IMG/VR virus record: IMGVR_UViG_3300044994_000073
Strand: one strand, 5' to 3'
DNA: 41,839 nt
Source of the DNA: a virus
Shown: positions 18,001 through 26,631 of the stretch, in pieces
How positions within the stretch are numbered: position 1 is the first letter of the stretch
How the letters are laid out: each line of letters starts with the position of its first letter
Translations under genes and position numbers: made by a program
The notes under the pieces: model-generated
Seen by the model: only the letters and a program-made list of their open reading frames with translations
What the model was told of the DNA's origin: nothing
The model's database searches: none

Positions 18001-21000
18001 CGAAAAGTTCAAAGACCAAGAGCACAAAAACAAGTATTTCACCGAAGAAGAGCAAAAACAAAAAGCGGAGAAGGTCGGATTCTCGCAATCCAAGCAGGAC
18101 GAGCAAACCGTCGGGATGGTTGACAATATGGTCCAGCGGCAAGAATTTGAAAAGCTGCTGGCTCAGAATTTCCGCTATGTCGCGCAGTATTGGGACTCCG
18201 GAAACTTCCAAGGCTATGTCGCCTCAAATTCATTTGAGAAAGTGGACAAGTTCCTGAAAGCCGCAGGTGATCTGAACAACAAGTTCAGCACCGGCCCGCT
18301 TGTGCATTATGTGAGCGGGGACCCGGTTGTTCGCCGTGGCCAAGTTGTATCCACCACTGGCGCGGAAACTCAAGAAGGCTCTCCGGCATTTACTGATTTT
18401 AAGGCCGTCTTTGGAGCAAAGCGTTTTGTCGATTCTTTGGTCGGGGCCCTTCTGGAAGGCTACCCTCAGTTGGGCGGAAAAGCCACCGAATTAGAGCTCT
18501 TGGGGCTTAAATCGGATAAAGAAGACGAAAAGCTTAAAGAGAAGAAAAAGCAGATCAGAAAAGAGCTTGTCGGAAAAATGACCGACAAAGAAAAAGAGGG
18601 CCTCATCAAAAAGTTTGTTGAGCGAATCGAAGACAATTTGATCTGGCTGTATAACAAGACTCCTAAAGACTTCAGAGAAAAATCTTCCAGATGGTATGTT
18701 GGAGCGAATAGGCTAGCAAATGAACTCGCTGAAAAATACGGCATCACGATAGAGCAATCGTCGGCCATCATCGCTGTTTTGAGTCCGCGGACGGCTTGGG
18801 ACCTCAACATCGGACAAGCCATTTGGGTGATGCGGGTAATGACTGATCCTACCGCCGTCGTCACTCAAAATTTGATCGACAGTTTTTATGCAGGATTGGA
18901 GGACTCTGTAACGGATGGGGAAAAACCCCTTGCTGATAAAGACGCATTGGCCGGTCTAATAGGCAAGCCGATAAATGAAATTGAAAATCTGGACCATCAG
19001 GCGTGGATGCTGCGAGCTTATGTTGAGTCACAAGACCGCAGCTATCATATTTACGACCCCACTGGAACTCCGGTCGGCAAAGCGATCGACAAGGAAGGCA
19101 AACTGTCAGAATTGGCGTGGAATAGCTATGGAAATACAAAGAAAGCCATAGAAATTTTCAAAGGCGCAGACATCGAAAAAATCAGCGATTTGCTGGGCGG
19201 CGCGCATAAAATACGAAACTTCTACAATAACATCGTTGACCCAACAAACGCTGAAAGTGTAACCATCGATACGCACGCTATCGCCGCCGCGTTGTTCGCG
19301 CCTTTAAGTCAAAAAAGCAAACCGGCCAATGACGTTTTTAGCGGGCCGTCTAACACTGAGCTTGGGCTTAAAGGCCTTTACATACTCTATGATGAGGGCT
19401 ACAAGCGCGCGGCTTCTAAACTCGGTATCACTTCAAGAGAACTTCAAAGCATCGTTTGGGAAGCGGCCCGTTCAGTATTCACGGACACACTGAAACGGGA
19501 TAAAGCCCTTGTTGAAAAAGTGTCCGCAGAATGGGCCGAATTCCAGAACGGTGGTCAGTCGCTAGAAGAAACCCGAGAAAAGATTTTTAAGTTGGTTGAC
19601 GGATTTAAGCAAAACCCGCGCAACTGGGTTTCCGATACAGACGTTAAAGAAAACGACATCGCCGCCGGAGTTAACATCCGGCTTGAATCTGAAAACGGTG
19701 AAGCCCGAACCAAGAGCGGCTTGAGTAGTCTTCAGGCCCAACAACTCATCGAACGTGAGTTCGGCGCAATCGCCAGAAAACTTAAAGCGGGCTTGAGTCA
19801 GAACTACATTGGCCATGACGCAAGCTACATTTATTCCGGCAGGCAAGGCTCCCATTACATCGAATTCAACCCATCGGCATTAGCAAACGACTACACTATC
19901 GACGAGATTCGCGCGGCAATGCGCGAAGAAATCGTGCACGCTGCGATTGGTCAAGTGCTCAGAAAACGCGGCCTAAGCTGGACACAGTTTCACGAAAACG
20001 TGGCCAAGCTGATGACCAAAGATGAAAAAGCCGCGCTCAAAAAAGTCTATACGTCTTTGAGCCTAAAAGACCATGTCGGTGTCGGTGCGGAGTTTGTTCG
20101 GCTCATCATTCAGAAGCAACTTTATCATGTCGCGACCGAAGAGGCGTCCGGCAAGAGCCGAGCCGTTAAGTATGTGCTGAAGGCCGTCGCTCAGGCCCAT
20201 AATTTCCTACGGCGGCTCAAAGCGGACAGCAGTGCCGAGGCCCAGCAAATCCGGGCCGTGATGAACGAAGCCGTGGACATCATCCGGTCTGCAGATAAGA
20301 CTTTACAATCTTCTCCGGGTAGGATACTATTCCAAAGTGAAAATGACCCAAGTGCTCAAAATGGCGGCAGTCAGGTTCTGGCTAGCCTTCCGCTGCCTGA
20401 GAAACAACTCTACTTTGCGTCTGAGCTACGTAATCAGGCGCAGGCTACTCTCGCCGCGCTACCTGTTCTCGACGCAAATCAAATTGCGCAAATAGTCGGC
20501 GGGGCCAAACTGGAGCAGCCGGGCGGCTCCGAAGTCATGGGGCTGTGGAGGACCCCGACCGGAATCGTTAAGGCCCTCGACTTTGACTCAGCCCTGCATC
20601 TTGAGGACTTAATAATCACCGGATACGGCGGGCTCGCTGCGGATATTTACGACTCCTCTAGCAATACTCCGGAAGAGACCAAGCTCAGACTTGTTGAGCG
20701 GTATCTGCTGCTGAATTCGATGAATTCGGGCACGCCGACTCAACTGCTGGGCATGACCGACATCTATGGTCCGCCGACTCTGCTTATCAGCCAGCCAGAA
20801 ATGTTCGGCGTGCCGAACTGGTATGACGCTGATGTCAATGACGTAATTGACAAATTGCTAGAAAATAAAAAGGCCGTTAAAATCACCAACTTCCGATCTC
20901 TGCTGCTGAACGCCGATAGCACAGCGCAGACTTACGTGGTGCAGATTCCGTCCGGTGCTTATGTGCTGGTGTCGGATTTGCGGGGGCCCAACGCAGGCTA

Positions 21001-24000
21001 CACAGGGCTGGATCGAAAAGACGCTAAGACATTCGACCCCATAATCCGAATGCTCACACCGGGCGAGCTCAAGATTCCTGAGATTGCCGCCGCCGTTAAC
21101 GAGATCGAAACGAAGCAGCAAAATAATGCCTACTTCCAGAACGAGGACCGCGGGCCGCGGGTTAACGGAGCAATCGAATTCAATCCGGGTAACGTGACGA
21201 TACATCTGTTCAAGACCGCCAACTTGAGCACATTGCTGCATGAATTGGGCCACTTGTTTGTTGGGGAGCTGGAGCGTCAAGTTCGCGCTGGATTTGGCGG
21301 GCCGAAAGCCCTTGCCGAACTCAACACGCTCCGGGCTTTTGTTGGCGCGCTTGACCCAAGTAAAGAGCTGACCACTGAGCAGCACGAAAAGCTGGCCCGG
21401 GCCTTTGAAAGCTATCTTCGTGAAGGCCGCGCCCCGACGATCGGGCTCGCCCGCGCTTTCCACAGTTTCAGGACTTGGCTCACTGCAGTCTATCGTGGCA
21501 GCTCAATTCTCGACATTGAGATGAGCCAAGAGGTCAAAGAAGTGTTTGACCGGCTGCTGGCGGCTGAAGAGGAAATCGCTCAGGCCGAACAGTTCTACGG
21601 GAACCGAGACAGACTTTTAGCCCTGATCGCCGTTGAAAACGACGAAGAAAAACTCAAACAGAAACTAGAAGACGCCCGGCGATCCGAATTGGAGCACCAG
21701 ACATCGATCAGACTGAAAGCATACATTCGCGCCCTTGGCGGTCTCAGCAAAATTAAGACTGAGCAAACAGCTCAAGTTGAGTCACTGCCTGTTTACCAAG
21801 CAATCGAAAAAGCGAAAGCGCAAGGCGGCATATCGGCTGGTTCAATCGCCGCGTTGCTTGGTGACTCCGCCGTGGAGGTCCTCGCTAATAAATACCCGAA
21901 TCTAATCACCGATGACGGTCTAGACATTAGCGGGCTCGCTTTTGATGTTGGACTGACCAGCGGCGAGCAGCTCGCCGAACAGCTACGTGACGCGGTCCCG
22001 ATCAGCGAAGCAATCAATGCCGCTGTCAAACAAGAATTGCGCCGCGTTGAAGAGTCCATACGCAACGACATTTCGAAAAGCCCTATCACCGAAGCGGATG
22101 AAGCTCTGCATTCTGACAAGTCTCTAGAATATCTGATCGCCGAAACAGAGCTGCTACGATCCAAATTAAAAAGAAAATCGGTTCGACCGCGGCTCTTTGC
22201 TGAAGCCTACACGCAGGCCGCTGAGGAGTTCTTGGGCTCTCTCAAATTCTCAGACTCGATAAATTACTCTAGATTCCTGAATCAGGAAAAACGCCTTGGC
22301 GCGGAAGTCCTAGCCGCAGCCCGCAAAGGCGACTGGGACCGTGCTTACCAGTTGCGTGAAAAACAACTTTTGTATCACGCGATTGTCCGGGCCAGCATCA
22401 AGGCTCGCAAATACCGTGAGAATTTAGAGCGGCGGTATTCCAAGAGCAAAGTCAATTCGTTGCTCGACAAAATTGAAATGGCGTATCGGCCAGTGGTCCA
22501 GACTTTGTTGTCACGGTATGGACTGCTGCAGTTTGATGGCGCAGAGTTTAATCTGAGTGATTTGCGTGAACTCGACGAAGACGGCGGGTTGGACGCTTTG
22601 ATGCCGGACTGGATCAAGCAAAAACAGAATATCGGGGGCTACCGGAATCTGACACTTAGCCAAGTTCGCGAGCTTGACGAAACTATCAAGAGCATTGTCG
22701 CGTATGGCCGTGACGCCATGACATCGCTCAAAGAATCAGAAGCGAAGACGCTTAGCGAGTTTGTCCAGAGTAGCGTTGAGCGTATGCAAAAACTGAAAGA
22801 CGCCAAAACCGCTCAGCGCGGAGATTGGAACTACCCGCTCATTCAGTTCGCGCATCAGATCAAAGCCGGGGTTCAGATGGCCCAATTCGTGGCCGACATT
22901 GCTGACGGCTTCACCAATCTGAAAGAAGGCAAACAGGGTCCGCTCCGTAAGCTTTATCAGCGGCTCGTCACTGCTGAGCTGGAACAATCTAAGCTGGTTG
23001 ACACAGTGCTGAAGGCCAGTGAACCAGCTTGGCAAGTGCTGCATCAAGCCGTGCTACGAATTGAGAAGGAGATGGGCGGAAAGTATTTCGACATCGACGG
23101 GCTTGAGCTACCACATGCGATGGTCCGCGAAGGCAAAGGCAAATGGACCGGTGAGATGGTGGTATCTGCGCTGCTCAACTGCGGGAACCAAGGCAACCTC
23201 ACCGCGCTTCGAGAGGGCTACAATCTTCCGGAAGATGCCGCCGACCGATTGGCCGCTCTGCTAACAGCTGAAGAGCTCTACGCCATTCAGAAGATATGGG
23301 ATGCCACTGATCTGCTGTTCGAGCCTATCAATCAGACCCACATCAAAATCTACAACCGGGAAATCAAAAAAGTCCAAGCCGATCCGTTGGTGCTCCGTTC
23401 GAAAGACGGCGCGGGCGTCAACCTAAGAGGCGGCTACTACCCGCTGATATTTGACCACGAAATCAATGCACGCGCCGGTAGGTTCAACGAAGAAGACCTG
23501 ATGAAGAACAAAGCCGCTGCGGTGTTTCGTTCGGTCACGCCAAACAGCGGGTTTGCTAAAACACGCCAAGGCACCTCGTTGCCGCCTGAACTGTCTCTCA
23601 ATGTGTGGATCAATCATGTTATCGACGCGAGCCGCTACGCAATGCTCGCGCCGGTAATTCGAGACTGGAACCGCGTATCGACCAAAGAAGAATGGCGCGA
23701 AACGTATCTCGATAAATTTGGCCGCGAGTCTTACAACGCGCTGCGAGACTGGGTCAAGTATCAGGCGGTGCCTAAACGTATGCAGACTGAGTCTTGGGTC
23801 CGGGGGCTCGACAAAGCCGCCGACTGGCTTAGGGCCCGATCCAGTTATGCGTTGTTGGGGTATAAACTCGTCTCTGGTCTCGCGCAGCGCACTGCGCTGC
23901 TTAACTCCGCGGTGGCTCTTGGCGGGTGGAAGTGGATCGGAATTGGATACTCTGCCGTTGCTCAAAAGGGGCTTGGCACCGCGTTGATTGGAACAACCAA

Positions 24001-24865
24001 CACTGACGCATGGAGCGCGATCATTGGGAAAAGCGAATACATGCGAAAACGGGAAGACAACATCGATCGCGAGATTCGCGACATTGTCAGCCGAATCCAA
24101 CTTGGCAAAAAAGTCTTCACGATTGCCGGGCGGGAATTCACTGTGAGCAATGTCCGCGATCTGGCGTTTGAGTGGATGAAAATGAACGACCGAGCTGTGG
24201 TTTCAGTTGTGTGGTCTGGCGCGTATCAAAAGTATCTCCAGACTCTAGCTGATGAGAGCATGACATTAGAACAGCGGGAGAAAGCCGCCGTGGAATACGC
24301 TGACACCGTCGTTCAAGACACCCAGCCGTCTGCGCTCAAAGCGGAAATGAGCTCCGCCGCCAGAGCAGAGGGGTGGGTGCGACTGTTCACCATGCTAATG
24401 ACGTGGTCCTTCAAATTTGGCAACCGCCTGTTCTACTACGGTAAGGCCTACTCAGAAGGCGCAGTGTCAACCAAAAACTATATTCGGCACATAACCTATG
24501 AGGTCTTTATGGAATCGTGGCTCCGCACATTGCTTTACAGCGCGATCGCCGGGACCGCGCCCGAATGGTGGAGATTCCTAGTCGGACCCATAGAAAACTT
24601 GATCCAATGGATTCCGATTATCCGCGACATTCCGGGAACTCTGGCGACAAAAGGCCAACTGCTAGACCTGAACAGATCGCCTTATATGGAAGGCTTCAGA
24701 AGAATCAGTAAGCTCATTAAATCCGCCGATCCGGAGAAGCTCCAAGAAGACGACGGCGTGAGCAGATTCGCTATGGATTTGTTCCGGGCCACCGCGTTTG
24801 TCACCGGCACCCCCATAGACAACATCGTCAATGACATCCGGCGATTCACTGATAGAAAGGATTAA
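15095..24865 (+). CDS. Giant 3256-aa virion/ejection 'polyvalent' protein (gp16 position) with a CmoA-like SAM-enzyme domain and a HExxH module
   Basis: Single uninterrupted 9771-nt ORF between the internal virion proteins and the tail fiber. Class I SAM-fold motifs at aa 816-1046. HELGH at aa 2049-2053. Confidence 0.9.
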   Translation: MDPFEQPQEDNGILATAGLDSAPPAPKQLQPSVADSGSSLLDAAGLPSAEESLRLPKGGAAFADQIPGELLKMPKALRAEYVAKLSGDIQEGLKWMGESPEKAAEIAAVMRRFNLPADKAKEQLPEIKASEESIKIAKELLATDEKGEPLYPALAKLAADPSHLIGDNERRKALMEIEESVRQSKQADEGFLTQQARGIVNALFSLLDTGVSSYHAVAAARADAYWQQILDNLPAGIDPQVRDELIKIKDEALNQSIEIRNARSEIAESMLGGFSPEKAANFFKPQAGESPTELISKGFYTEGAYQFVNQGLQSLYDWAAASVAAAGNPTGAMALLSAKSAFGAFDEAQRDGASKENAIVRAGGHGLLEYVFEKLGTLGIIKEASSVKKLTPKSMLGLASRSYATEAVSEGATSAFQNLVTIATDGNMGLREFLFSISDSALAGGFSGAAMSTIISTASYGLNYKKIHNAENKLAQHDGLAEKIKFVAAKNADPQATQSAVETILNEHQVSDEVFVPASKVRNLFQTDEQYVEFMGKLGVSEQQAIDALTNEAASELKVKYSAYLAHSATVSNIESIKADLRFGENNMTANEAAMTKAWLNEEINTIRERLAAESTGVLPAQIQAIRESLKNFRNQDGGGFTQEQIDHYLNLMLSGAAIAAKRQDVSVEDWLSANGVNVNVNTKAVFAPDGKSIWIIPEGQPSPQELYAKDMAEQREFMRQKMLENPNFTDEDFQRWAEEWRAAHPRFDKNGKQLFQEAPESSNRSPRVGLEFKDFFRKVTSGLFGKSKIPFVPELIDLSKDKKIIEEMHKYIGNFDDHIFKSIPAFYELKVRTIKGFLTLPKGSKVLDIAASEGSFGKTISALSKGKIETVSLDPNRAMKKTFDDLPQAPGAAFAAEAFLNGFRDEEDGVTYNAHNPDVKYDAIHESMGFQFIDPDRTAQIAEVVRLLKDDGLFVTSEKLLNPDWEKNEKFKDQEHKNKYFTEEEQKQKAEKVGFSQSKQDEQTVGMVDNMVQRQEFEKLLAQNFRYVAQYWDSGNFQGYVASNSFEKVDKFLKAAGDLNNKFSTGPLVHYVSGDPVVRRGQVVSTTGAETQEGSPAFTDFKAVFGAKRFVDSLVGALLEGYPQLGGKATELELLGLKSDKEDEKLKEKKKQIRKELVGKMTDKEKEGLIKKFVERIEDNLIWLYNKTPKDFREKSSRWYVGANRLANELAEKYGITIEQSSAIIAVLSPRTAWDLNIGQAIWVMRVMTDPTAVVTQNLIDSFYAGLEDSVTDGEKPLADKDALAGLIGKPINEIENLDHQAWMLRAYVESQDRSYHIYDPTGTPVGKAIDKEGKLSELAWNSYGNTKKAIEIFKGADIEKISDLLGGAHKIRNFYNNIVDPTNAESVTIDTHAIAAALFAPLSQKSKPANDVFSGPSNTELGLKGLYILYDEGYKRAASKLGITSRELQSIVWEAARSVFTDTLKRDKALVEKVSAEWAEFQNGGQSLEETREKIFKLVDGFKQNPRNWVSDTDVKENDIAAGVNIRLESENGEARTKSGLSSLQAQQLIEREFGAIARKLKAGLSQNYIGHDASYIYSGRQGSHYIEFNPSALANDYTIDEIRAAMREEIVHAAIGQVLRKRGLSWTQFHENVAKLMTKDEKAALKKVYTSLSLKDHVGVGAEFVRLIIQKQLYHVATEEASGKSRAVKYVLKAVAQAHNFLRRLKADSSAEAQQIRAVMNEAVDIIRSADKTLQSSPGRILFQSENDPSAQNGGSQVLASLPLPEKQLYFASELRNQAQATLAALPVLDANQIAQIVGGAKLEQPGGSEVMGLWRTPTGIVKALDFDSALHLEDLIITGYGGLAADIYDSSSNTPEETKLRLVERYLLLNSMNSGTPTQLLGMTDIYGPPTLLISQPEMFGVPNWYDADVNDVIDKLLENKKAVKITNFRSLLLNADSTAQTYVVQIPSGAYVLVSDLRGPNAGYTGLDRKDAKTFDPIIRMLTPGELKIPEIAAAVNEIETKQQNNAYFQNEDRGPRVNGAIEFNPGNVTIHLFKTANLSTLLHELGHLFVGELERQVRAGFGGPKALAELNTLRAFVGALDPSKELTTEQHEKLARAFESYLREGRAPTIGLARAFHSFRTWLTAVYRGSSILDIEMSQEVKEVFDRLLAAEEEIAQAEQFYGNRDRLLALIAVENDEEKLKQKLEDARRSELEHQTSIRLKAYIRALGGLSKIKTEQTAQVESLPVYQAIEKAKAQGGISAGSIAALLGDSAVEVLANKYPNLITDDGLDISGLAFDVGLTSGEQLAEQLRDAVPISEAINAAVKQELRRVEESIRNDISKSPITEADEALHSDKSLEYLIAETELLRSKLKRKSVRPRLFAEAYTQAAEEFLGSLKFSDSINYSRFLNQEKRLGAEVLAAARKGDWDRAYQLREKQLLYHAIVRASIKARKYRENLERRYSKSKVNSLLDKIEMAYRPVVQTLLSRYGLLQFDGAEFNLSDLRELDEDGGLDALMPDWIKQKQNIGGYRNLTLSQVRELDETIKSIVAYGRDAMTSLKESEAKTLSEFVQSSVERMQKLKDAKTAQRGDWNYPLIQFAHQIKAGVQMAQFVADIADGFTNLKEGKQGPLRKLYQRLVTAELEQSKLVDTVLKASEPAWQVLHQAVLRIEKEMGGKYFDIDGLELPHAMVREGKGKWTGEMVVSALLNCGNQGNLTALREGYNLPEDAADRLAALLTAEELYAIQKIWDATDLLFEPINQTHIKIYNREIKKVQADPLVLRSKDGAGVNLRGGYYPLIFDHEINARAGRFNEEDLMKNKAAAVFRSVTPNSGFAKTRQGTSLPPELSLNVWINHVIDASRYAMLAPVIRDWNRVSTKEEWRETYLDKFGRESYNALRDWVKYQAVPKRMQTESWVRGLDKAADWLRARSSYALLGYKLVSGLAQRTALLNSAVALGGWKWIGIGYSAVAQKGLGTALIGTTNTDAWSAIIGKSEYMRKREDNIDREIRDIVSRIQLGKKVFTIAGREFTVSNVRDLAFEWMKMNDRAVVSVVWSGAYQKYLQTLADESMTLEQREKAAVEYADTVVQDTQPSALKAEMSSAARAEGWVRLFTMLMTWSFKFGNRLFYYGKAYSEGAVSTKNYIRHITYEVFMESWLRTLLYSAIAGTAPEWWRFLVGPIENLIQWIPIIRDIPGTLATKGQLLDLNRSPYMEGFRRISKLIKSADPEKLQEDDGVSRFAMDLFRATAFVTGTPIDNIVNDIRRFTDRKD

Positions 24866-24868
24866 GCG

Positions 24869-26227
24869 ATGATCACCAACCAGAACAACAAAAGCACTTA
24901 CGTCGGGAACAATAACACCACGGTGTTCCCCCGGTTGTTTCCGGTCTGGAACGCGAACCAAGTAAAAGTTGTTTTGACTGAAAACAACACGGACACAGTG
25001 CTGACGCTTGGCACCCACTACACTGTTCAAGGTGTCAACAACCCAAACCCGTCAACGTGGACCATCACGTATCCGGTTAACGGCACGCCGCTGACTCCGT
25101 CTCAAAAGCTCACCATTGTCTCAAAGGTGCCGTATTTGCAGGATACCGACTTTGCAAACCAAGGCGGTTTCTTCGCCGAAACGCACGAAGATGTCGCGGA
25201 CAAAATGGTGCTGATGGTTCAGCAGCTGGCGGAAGAAGTTTCTCGGGCGGTAAAAGTCGCAATCGGTTCTAATACCACACCGGAGGCCCTCATCGCGCAG
25301 CTCCAAACAGACGCTGCAAACGCTACGGCGTCTGCTGCGGCTGCGGCTACTTCCGCAACCAACGCTGCGAACTCTGCGGCTGCTGCGGCTACTTCCGCAA
25401 CAAACGCGGCCAGTTCCGCCACGGCAGCTCAAAACAGCCAGAACAAGGCCCAGCAATGGGCTGAAAACCCATACAATGTCCCGGTTGACCCCGGCCAATA
25501 TTCAGCCAAGCACTGGGCCATAGTCGCGCAAAACAACGCCGCAGGGGACATGCTCAAAAGCACATACGACACCGACGACGACGGTGTAGTTGACGCCGCT
25601 GAATCAGTGCCTTGGTCTGGCGTGACTGGAAAGCCGAACACATTTACGCCATCTTCGCACACCCACCCAGCCTCAGACCTAACACAATCCGGTGCCGCAA
25701 ATGGAGACGTTCTGCAATGGAACGGCACGGCGTGGGTGCCCGCCGCGCCGTCATCTTCTAGCCTAAATTTTGTTGTGCTGAAAGATGTCAAAGCATCAGG
25801 CACCAATGGGCAAACTTTGACAGTAAATACTTGGAACAAGCGAGACATTAACACAGAAGAAACTGACACTGGAAACATTTGCACGCTTAACAACAGCCAG
25901 TTTACGCTGCCCGCCGGAACGTATCTCATTCAGGTCGCCATTACGTCTGGAACCCAAGGCGCGGCCAGAAAAGCGATCTTTCGCTTGCGGAACATTACAG
26001 GCAGCTCGGACGTTTTGTTTGGGAACACCTACAATTACGAGTCCGCATATACGAACCACGCTATGTCGTTTCTAGCTGGCGTTTTCACGGTAAACGCATC
26101 GACAACTTTTGAGATTCAGGAGCACCCGAAATCCAGCAACGGCAACCCGATTGCGAGCGGATACGCCGCAAGCGTATCCGGTTTCTCTGAATGCTACCTA
26201 ACAGCCGTAATTACCAAGGTCGCATAA
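24869..26227 (+). CDS. Tail fiber / receptor-binding protein
   Basis: N-terminus NKSTYVGNNNTTVFPRLFPVWNANQVKVVL, Ala/Ser-rich coiled region, YSAKHWA motif, distinct Ser/Thr/Asn-rich C-terminal domain. Confidence 0.8.
   Translation: MITNQNNKSTYVGNNNTTVFPRLFPVWNANQVKVVLTENNTDTVLTLGTHYTVQGVNNPNPSTWTITYPVNGTPLTPSQKLTIVSKVPYLQDTDFANQGGFFAETHEDVADKMVLMVQQLAEEVSRAVKVAIGSNTTPEALIAQLQTDAANATASAAAAATSATNAANSAAAAATSATNAASSATAAQNSQNKAQQWAENPYNVPVDPGQYSAKHWAIVAQNNAAGDMLKSTYDTDDDGVVDAAESVPWSGVTGKPNTFTPSSHTHPASDLTQSGAANGDVLQWNGTAWVPAAPSSSSLNFVVLKDVKASGTNGQTLTVNTWNKRDINTEETDTGNICTLNNSQFTLPAGTYLIQVAITSGTQGAARKAIFRLRNITGSSDVLFGNTYNYESAYTNHAMSFLAGVFTVNASTTFEIQEHPKSSNGNPIASGYAASVSGFSECYLTAVITKVA
25334..25417. 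repeat. Two copies of a 42-nt (14-aa) unit inside the tail fiber coiled region
   Basis: CTGCGGCTACTTCCGCAAC occurs at 25341-25359 and 25383-25401. Protein reads AAAATSATNAANS / AAAATSATNAASS. Confidence 0.8.
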
Positions 26228-26229
26228 CT

Positions 26230-26622
26230 ATGAAATACGCGCTAATCAAAGACGGAGCCGTGGTTCAAATTGAGGCGTCCATGCGGGAAGGTCTAGTCGA
26301 AGTGCCCGATCATGTGGTTCCCGGATTCATCTACAGCCAAGACGCATCTGGCAAGCCCGTGTTCACCGCGCCTGAGCCGCCAAGGCCACAGCCTCCTACC
26401 GCCGAAGAGTGCAGGCGATTGGCCGAACTCTACGTGACCAAATACTTCACGCCGCTCGAATTGCTCGACCTTTCTGTGGCCTTACTGTCAGGCAACCCCA
26501 AAGCGAAGAAACTCTACGATGATTGGATCGTGCCGATCAAAGCCGCCGCTTTGTGGGGCCAATCAGATTTCGAGAAATTCGGCCCGCCGCCGTTGTCTTA
26601 TCAAGACGTGTTCAACTTTTAA
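26230..26622 (+). CDS. Hypothetical protein after the fiber (possible fiber assembly/accessory)
   Basis: ATG at 26230, 3 nt after the fiber stop. MKYALIKDGAVVQIE... is a common start for fiber-adjacent phage proteins. Confidence 0.55.
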   Translation: MKYALIKDGAVVQIEASMREGLVEVPDHVVPGFIYSQDASGKPVFTAPEPPRPQPPTAEECRRLAELYVTKYFTPLELLDLSVALLSGNPKAKKLYDDWIVPIKAAALWGQSDFEKFGPPPLSYQDVFNF

Positions 26623-26631
26623 GCTGAAACA

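Noticed and set aside
16892-24100. Antisense ORFs inside the giant gene (16892-17551, 20858-21463, 23423-24100 and others)
   Set aside because: They are embedded opposite one continuous 9.8-kb ORF with coherent domain content and have no independent coding signals.
15095-24865. Giant ORF as an N4-like virion RNA polymerase
   Set aside because: The size is similar, but reading through it I did not see T7-like RNAP motif A/B/C signatures. It does contain SAM-fold and HExxH modules, which N4 vRNAP lacks. A profile search is needed to exclude this fully.
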